The translations under genes were made by a program, and so were the position numbers. The notes under the pieces are model-generated. The model saw only the letters and a program-made list of their open reading frames with translations, ran no database searches and was not told where the DNA came from. From IMG/VR virus record IMGVR_UViG_3300009152_000005: 20,000 nt of DNA. The stretch is one strand, 5' to 3'. Origin of the DNA: an uncultured virus (IMG/VR IMGVR_UViG_3300009152_000005) (taxonomy: Duplodnaviria > Heunggongvirae > Uroviricota > Caudoviricetes). Of this stretch, positions 14,479-20,000 are shown in pieces (positions within the stretch are counted from its first letter, which is position 1; each line of letters begins with the position of its first letter).

Positions 14479-15060
14479 ATGAGCACCCTCGAACCAAAAC
14501 GCTTCATCACCAAGGTCGTCCTCGCCAAAGGCCGCACCGCGTGGCACGTCCAGCTCGGCATCCGCGGCCGGTGTGTCTACCTCGGCCGGTACGCCGAACT
14601 GGAGACCGCCTGCCTGTGCGCGGACTCCTCCTTCTACCATGCCGTCGTCGGCGGTTTCTACGACCGCATCAAGGCGGAGGACCTCCAGCAGGCCCACTTC
14701 AACGACTGGGAAACCGCGAAGAAGTGGTTGGACAACTCCGAGTCCGCGCCGCCGATTCTGGAGCGCATGTTGGACTTCCTGCGCAAACTCCGGGACGGCC
14801 TGCCGCCGGGTGTCCAAGGTCGTCCGGCCATCAGGTCGGACTGCGCCTACAAGCGCCTGCCGCCCGAGGTCAAGCTCGAAATCGACAACCTCCGTCGTGA
14901 CGTCGAAGCACTCAAATCCGCTGTGGCGCGTCTCCAGACCGAGTCCAAACCAATCTCGGACTCGACTCCGGTTCGGCACCTCTTTTCCGCTGTTCCATCC
15001 TTGACCCCGTCCGCAGAATCTGCCACAAGTTCACCCATCACTGAAACCACAAACGTCTGA
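14479..15060 (+). CDS. Protein with N-terminal AP2-like DNA-binding domain
   Basis: WHVQLGIRGRCVYLGRYAELETACLCAD resembles the AP2 consensus; short coiled coil near the C-terminus. Confidence 0.6.
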   Translation: MSTLEPKRFITKVVLAKGRTAWHVQLGIRGRCVYLGRYAELETACLCADSSFYHAVVGGFYDRIKAEDLQQAHFNDWETAKKWLDNSESAPPILERMLDFLRKLRDGLPPGVQGRPAIRSDCAYKRLPPEVKLEIDNLRRDVEALKSAVARLQTESKPISDSTPVRHLFSAVPSLTPSAESATSSPITETTNV

Positions 15061-15067
15061 ACATACC

Positions 15068-16846
15068 ATGAGCGCAACTACCCACGGTCCGGTCCCTCCG
15101 GGCTACATCAAACTGCCCGAAGGGGCGGTCATCCCCAAAATCGGCGCGGTCTTCTGGTCAAGCCGCGACTCGAAGTGGATTCCCTCCTCTCGTGGGGGCC
15201 TCGTGCATCCCGTCCACCACGCGTGCGACAATATCCACGTCCCGAGCAGCATCCCCATCGAGTACCCTCGGCCGCCGGTCCCCGAGGGTTTCACCATCGT
15301 CCCCACCGAGCAGGTCAAGCAGGGGTCCAAGTACGTCTATTGGTACCCCCACCGGCAACCCGACAAGTGGTCCGCACCGGCCATTGCCGCCCACGATTTT
15401 GTCCCGAATGCGTTCACGGTCCCGTTGTACGCCATCGCCAAGGAGCCCGCGTTCCCCGGCGTGCCGACACTCGTGCCTACCGGCTACCGCACTCTCCACT
15501 CGGATGAGAGTCACGAGGAGTTCGGCTTCAGGGTGTTCTCGGACGGCCAATGGAACAGCGAAGACCACTCGAAGTATTTGTCACACACCCACGACCGGGA
15601 CCGCGTTGCGGTGCCCCTCGATTACAAAGCGCCGGCCAACTACCGTTTCGCCAAGCTCGGCGACCGCCTCGACGAACTCAGCCTGTATTGGTCCGCGGAG
15701 TCGAGTTGCTGGAAGGGCGTCACCACCCCGCGAGCGGTCGAAAACCGCCACGTCAACCGGCGTTGTTACGCGGTCCTGAAGCAACCAATAGCGGTACCGT
15801 TTGGGTACCGGTTGCGCACCCCTGCGCACCCCTTGCCCGGTGCGTGGTTGGAACTTGCCCCCGGGACGAAACACCAGTGGACATCGGTCTTCGGGTCCCC
15901 CGGCGGGCGGTCCAATTACGTCGTGGCGGTGCCCAGCACCCCGTTGCCGCCGGGATACCGGATTTGCCTCCCGGGCGAAGTCCTCGGCCGACAAAGTCTC
16001 ATCCTCAGGGGTGCGTTGTGGGAGCCCGCATCGGACCACGCGGGACAACAAAATCGCGTTTTCCCCAACTTTGCGGCTCCGGTCACGGCTCCGGTCACGG
16101 CTCCGGAGTCCGCGCCGCCGATTTCGGATTGGTTTGACGCCGCCGGTGAGATAAACCCGAAATGGCTTGAGGCCAAGCTGGCGCCGGAGTCGCCAAAACC
16201 GCCCGCGGGTTACGTCAGCGTCAAGGTCGGCGAAGTCATCCCGGAGGGCGCCTTGTGGCGACACTCCGCGAAGTCGTGGCTCCCGGCTGCCGCCATCGGG
16301 TCGAGGGCCGATGGCGGCAGCTCGTGGTGCCGGCCGGAAGCCACTTTTCCGGCCCCGCCGAGCCGTCCATGGCGCGCGGCTGACGTGGTCATCGGAGCCC
16401 AAGTGTTCCGCAGGGCATTGCCCCACGGCGACAGCAACCCTACGACGATTCTGGCGGTCAAGGGCGACGGGGTCTTGTTCGAGGACAACCTGACCGTCGC
16501 TAAGGGGGAAATCAAGTTGCCCCTCAAGGAGGTCGGACAAGGCGGCCTCTGGTACTCCTTCGAGGCGCTCGCCAACAACGGGTTCCTGCTGGCGGGCTCC
16601 GAGAAACCATGCCGCGTGGAAGAACAGTGGCACAACCCCAGCAACCTGACCGCGGAACAGGTCGGCCTCGCGGATGGGTGGCGGCTGCTGCTCAAGTCCG
16701 AGGTCGACGCCGGGAAGTTCGGTAGCAGCGACGAGTTCTGGCGAATCAGCACGGGCCGGTTTGAGCACGCCGGCTGCGCACCGGGAGGGTGTTATTGGTC
16801 GGGATTCGACACGGTGCGGACCAAGCAGCCGCTTCCCAAGCTCTGA
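15068..16846 (+). CDS. 592 aa protein made of about eight P-x-G-Y...W repeats
   Basis: Repeated units beginning VPPGY, VPEGF, VPTGY, APANY, VPFGY, LPPGY, PPAGY and ADGW. Confidence 0.8.
   Translation: MSATTHGPVPPGYIKLPEGAVIPKIGAVFWSSRDSKWIPSSRGGLVHPVHHACDNIHVPSSIPIEYPRPPVPEGFTIVPTEQVKQGSKYVYWYPHRQPDKWSAPAIAAHDFVPNAFTVPLYAIAKEPAFPGVPTLVPTGYRTLHSDESHEEFGFRVFSDGQWNSEDHSKYLSHTHDRDRVAVPLDYKAPANYRFAKLGDRLDELSLYWSAESSCWKGVTTPRAVENRHVNRRCYAVLKQPIAVPFGYRLRTPAHPLPGAWLELAPGTKHQWTSVFGSPGGRSNYVVAVPSTPLPPGYRICLPGEVLGRQSLILRGALWEPASDHAGQQNRVFPNFAAPVTAPVTAPESAPPISDWFDAAGEINPKWLEAKLAPESPKPPAGYVSVKVGEVIPEGALWRHSAKSWLPAAAIGSRADGGSSWCRPEATFPAPPSRPWRAADVVIGAQVFRRALPHGDSNPTTILAVKGDGVLFEDNLTVAKGEIKLPLKEVGQGGLWYSFEALANNGFLLAGSEKPCRVEEQWHNPSNLTAEQVGLADGWRLLLKSEVDAGKFGSSDEFWRISTGRFEHAGCAPGGCYWSGFDTVRTKQPLPKL
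16074..16106 (+). repeat. 12 bp in-frame tandem repeat (CGGCTCCGGTCA x2.75)
   Basis: Encodes the APVT-APVT-AP linker. Confidence 0.85.
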
Positions 16847-16869
16847 CCGACGCGCAACACCGAGAATCA

Positions 16870-16899
16870 GGCCGCCATGGGGAAAACCTCGTGGCGGCC
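16870..16899 (+). other. Strong stem-loop upstream of fcl
   Basis: GGCCGCCATGGGG-AAAA-CCTCGTGGCGGCC: 13 bp with two G-U pairs; no real U-tract. Confidence 0.6.
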
Positions 16900-16936
16900 C
16901 TTCGAGGTGAAAGCACAACGCGTTTACACGATACAG

Positions 16937-17869
16937 ATGAAAGGAACTTCAAAGATATTCGTCGCGGGACACCGCGGGTTGGTGGGTAGTGCGGTATGCC
17001 GTGAGCTGCATCGGCAAGGGTTCACCAACGTCATCGTCCGGAGCCGCAGCGAGCTTGATTTGTTGCATGGACCGGACGTGCAGAATTTTTTCGAGGCGAC
17101 GCGGCCTGAGTATGTCGTCGTGGCCGCGGCCAAGGTCGGCGGCATCATGGCGAACAGTACGTATCCAGCGATGTTTCTGTGGGAAAACCTGCAAATCCAG
17201 AACAACATCATCGAAGCCAGTTGGTTGACGGGAGCCAAGAAACTCCTTTTTTTGGGCAGCTCGTGCATCTACCCGAGGCTGGCTCCGCAGCCGCTCAAGG
17301 AAGAGTATCTTCTGACCGGTCCTTTGGAACCGACCAACGAATGGTACGCAGTCGCAAAGATTGCCGGCATCAAGTTGTGTCAGGCACTTCGGCGGCAGTA
17401 CGGCTGCGACTTCATCAGCGCGATGCCGACGAACCTCTACGGTCCCGGGGACAACTACGAACCGCAAGGTTCGCATGTCCTGCCAGCGTTGATTCGCAAG
17501 TTCCATGACGCCACCATCAAGAAGGAAAAGCAGGTCGTCTGCTGGGGGACGGGGGCTCCGTTGAGGGAGTTCTTGCACAGCGATGATTTGGCGCGGGCCT
17601 TGGTGTGCTTGTTGGAGCACTATTCCGAGGAGCAGTTCATCAACGTCGGTTCCGGGACCGAGGTCAGCATCCGGGACCTCTCCAGCCTTGTGGCAGAGGT
17701 CGTCGGGTTCACCGGGGTCATCGAATGGGACACCACCAAGCCCGACGGCACCCCGCGCAAATTGATGGACAGTTCACGCATGTTCGCGCTCGGTTGGAAA
17801 CCCACCGTCGGACTCCGCGAAGGGATTGCCTCGGCATACAAAGATTTCCAAAGTATCAACAGCCGATAA
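16937..17869 (+). CDS. fcl: GDP-L-fucose synthase
   Basis: [75 protein letters not shown]. Confidence 0.97.
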   Translation: MKGTSKIFVAGHRGLVGSAVCRELHRQGFTNVIVRSRSELDLLHGPDVQNFFEATRPEYVVVAAAKVGGIMANSTYPAMFLWENLQIQNNIIEASWLTGAKKLLFLGSSCIYPRLAPQPLKEEYLLTGPLEPTNEWYAVAKIAGIKLCQALRRQYGCDFISAMPTNLYGPGDNYEPQGSHVLPALIRKFHDATIKKEKQVVCWGTGAPLREFLHSDDLARALVCLLEHYSEEQFINVGSGTEVSIRDLSSLVAEVVGFTGVIEWDTTKPDGTPRKLMDSSRMFALGWKPTVGLREGIASAYKDFQSINSR

Positions 17870-17894
17870 CTGTTTCAACCACGTTTTACACTAT

Positions 17895-18911
17895 ATGGCA
17901 TTAAAAAAAGCTCTCATCACCGGAATCACCGGCCAAGATGGTTCCTATCTGGCTGAGTTGATGCTAAAAAAAGGGTACGAGGTACACGGGATAATCCGGC
18001 GCGCATCCACTTTTAATACGTCGCGGCTCAAAGACATTTATTCCGACCTGCATTACCCGAAGCACAACCTGCAACTGCACTATGGAGACCTTTCCGATGC
18101 CAGCAACTTGTCGCGCTTGCTAGGCAAAATCCGGCCGGATGAGGTCTACAACCTTGCGGCCCAGAGCCACGTTCGGGTGAGTTTTGACGTGCCGGAATAC
18201 ACCGCCGACATCACCGCAACCGGAACAGTCCGGCTTCTCGAATCAATCCGCGAAATAGGCATCCAACCCCGCTTTTACCAAGCAAGTTCTTCGGAGATGT
18301 TCGGGCTTGTGCAGGAAGTCCCGCAGAAGGAGACGACCCCCTTCTATCCCCGCAGCCCCTATGGCTGCGCCAAGGTATATGCGCATTGGATTACGGTGAA
18401 CTACCGCGAATCCTACGGTATGCACGCCAGCAACGGCATCCTCTTCAACCACGAGTCGCCCCGTCGCGGCGAAACCTTCGTCACCCGCAAGATTACCCGG
18501 GCCGCGGCGCACATAAAACTCGGTTTGCAGGACAAACTGTTCATGGGCAATCTGGACACCAAGCGCGACTGGGGTTATGCCAAGGAATACGTCGAGGCCA
18601 TGTGGCTGATGCTCCAGCAGCCCGAAGGAGACGACTACATCATTGCAACGAACAAGACCCACAGCATCCGGGAATGTTTAGAGGTTGCATTTGCGCGGGT
18701 CGGACTCGATTGGCGGAAGCATGTGGAGATTGACGCGCGGTACTATCGGCCTGCCGAGGTCGACCTTCTCATCGGCGATTACTCCAAGGCCAAGAAGAAG
18801 CTCGGCTGGGAACCCAAGACCAAGTTTGCGGACCTGATTGAGCTGATGGTCGATGCCGACTTGCGCCTGCTTCAGGACCAGATAGCCGGCAAAATCGCTC
18901 GTCAGGATTAG
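17895..18911 (+). CDS. gmd: GDP-mannose 4,6-dehydratase
   Basis: [69 protein letters not shown]. Confidence 0.98.
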   Translation: MALKKALITGITGQDGSYLAELMLKKGYEVHGIIRRASTFNTSRLKDIYSDLHYPKHNLQLHYGDLSDASNLSRLLGKIRPDEVYNLAAQSHVRVSFDVPEYTADITATGTVRLLESIREIGIQPRFYQASSSEMFGLVQEVPQKETTPFYPRSPYGCAKVYAHWITVNYRESYGMHASNGILFNHESPRRGETFVTRKITRAAAHIKLGLQDKLFMGNLDTKRDWGYAKEYVEAMWLMLQQPEGDDYIIATNKTHSIRECLEVAFARVGLDWRKHVEIDARYYRPAEVDLLIGDYSKAKKKLGWEPKTKFADLIELMVDADLRLLQDQIAGKIARQD

Positions 18912-18914
18912 GGG

Positions 18915-18942
18915 TTGACAGGGTCAAAAAAACGTCCATCGT
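18915..18942 (+). promoter_or_regulatory. Candidate promoter upstream of thyX-like gene
   Basis: TTGACA-16-CATCGT immediately after the gmd stop. Confidence 0.35.
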
Positions 18943-18981
18943 CACACACGCCGATTGGTACGCCGGCAAGAAAAAATCAAA

Positions 18982-19953
18982 ATGAAACGAGACACGAATA
19001 TCTTTGCCAAAGTCGTCGCGGACAGCATCTGCAATGGGCACCGCATCACCACGATGCACGTACGGGCGCCGCGGCCTATCCTTGCGGAGTTCAACACCCA
19101 CCGCTGCTTCAGCCGGAACTCCGCCTCGTCCCGGGCCATCCCGACAGCCAAGTTCCGGGAGCGAGTCCGGCGGAGCCCCTACCTCCCGCAGGATTGGAAG
19201 AAGGCCGGCACCGGGATGTCTCCGGCGGGGCCGATGGACCGCGAGTCTGCTGCGTTCCAACAGTTCTCAGCGGAGAGTTTGCTGGACCGCGTGTTGGACT
19301 GGCACGAGGGCTGTGAAGCGGCAAACGGGACCGCCAAGGAGCAGCTCAACCGCTATCTGGAACCGTGGCTCTACACCGACATCCTCGTCACGTCGACTGA
19401 GTGGCTGAATTTCTTCGGCCAGAGGTGCGACGGCGGGGCGGACGGAGCCATCCAGCTCGTAGCCGACGCCACGTTGGAGTGCTACGTGAATTCCACTCCT
19501 GTGCCGCTTGATGTGGGCGAGTGGCACCTTCCTTTTTGGGTCGAGCCCGACTCAGACCTCCCGGGCGGTATCGAGGACATTCTCAAGGTCTGCACGGCAA
19601 GGTGCGCGCGTGTCAGCTACTTCAACTTCGGCGAGAACGGGGTCGACCAAGCCAAAGACTTGAGCACCTTCGACAAGCTGCTCAACCCTCCCGGCGGGGG
19701 CTTCAGCCACTGGTCGCCATTCGAGCACTGTGCTGAAGCGATGACCAAGGACCGGCTTTGGTGGGGTGATGATGATGACGTTGACGTGGAGTATTCCGAC
19801 GGCAAGGGCAACTATTTCCACGAGGGCCGCTGTGCTAATTTCACCGGCTGGGTGCAGTACCGCCACCGCTTTGCCGACCGGATGCGGGCGCAGCTCGCCG
19901 GCCTCGACCTCAAGCAGCTCCTCGCCAAAAGGCAATCACTCTACACCACCTGA
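18982..19953 (+). CDS. thyX: FAD-dependent thymidylate synthase (ThyX/Thy1 family, phage type)
   Basis: AEFNTHRCFSRNSASSRAIP, KEQLNRYLEPW, WLNFFGQR, ARCARVSY, HWSPFEH. Confidence 0.85.
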   Translation: MKRDTNIFAKVVADSICNGHRITTMHVRAPRPILAEFNTHRCFSRNSASSRAIPTAKFRERVRRSPYLPQDWKKAGTGMSPAGPMDRESAAFQQFSAESLLDRVLDWHEGCEAANGTAKEQLNRYLEPWLYTDILVTSTEWLNFFGQRCDGGADGAIQLVADATLECYVNSTPVPLDVGEWHLPFWVEPDSDLPGGIEDILKVCTARCARVSYFNFGENGVDQAKDLSTFDKLLNPPGGGFSHWSPFEHCAEAMTKDRLWWGDDDDVDVEYSDGKGNYFHEGRCANFTGWVQYRHRFADRMRAQLAGLDLKQLLAKRQSLYTT

Positions 19954-19957
19954 CCAC

Positions 19958-20000
19958 ATGCCCACCGAAACCACCATGAAAGCCCGGTTTATCGCTCAGG
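19958..20000 (+). CDS. Start of next gene (truncated)
   Basis: ATG 4 nt after the thyX stop, open to the window end (MPTETTMKARFIAQ). Confidence 0.5.
   Translation, partial: MPTETTMKARFIAQ

Noticed and set aside
13295..16918. Long minus-strand ORFs (13295-14449, 15581-16918)
   Set aside because: Antisense to well-supported plus-strand genes; low-complexity R/G/V-rich translations.
1..20000. CRISPR array, integrase/transposase or stop-codon recoding
   Set aside because: No regularly spaced repeats or recombinase motifs seen; genes pack tightly under the standard code using TGA, TAA and TAG stops.

Overview
This window looks like a 20 kb piece of a GC-rich tailed-phage (probably podovirus-like) genome with two divergent arms. 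The minus-strand arm (~10300 to 1) is a packaging/head module: putative small terminase, a DxD glycosyltransferase coupled to the large terminase, an RNA cluster, a small beta-rich protein, two Cys-rich proteins, portal, a small accessory gene, scaffold-like protein and a GT2-like glycosyltransferase cut by the window edge. The RNA cluster holds an atypical tRNA-CAT, a second degenerate tRNA-like cloverleaf with CCA, and a structured ~200 nt trailer. An extremely AT-rich island (~10480-10600) separates the arms. The plus-strand arm carries small early genes with sigma70-like promoters 6-7 nt before the ATG, an OB-fold-type protein, a secreted lysozyme-like protein, an AP2-like protein, a 592 aa repeat protein, fcl, gmd and a ThyX-family gene. 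Three signals stand out: (i) a GDP-fucose pathway plus two glycosyltransferases inside the morphogenesis operon, (ii) the non-canonical tRNA and tRNA-like genes, and (iii) a ~310 nt ORF-poor, heavily base-paired segment (8990-9300) that may be an undescribed ncRNA. All calls come from reading motifs by eye; no searches or folding programs were run.
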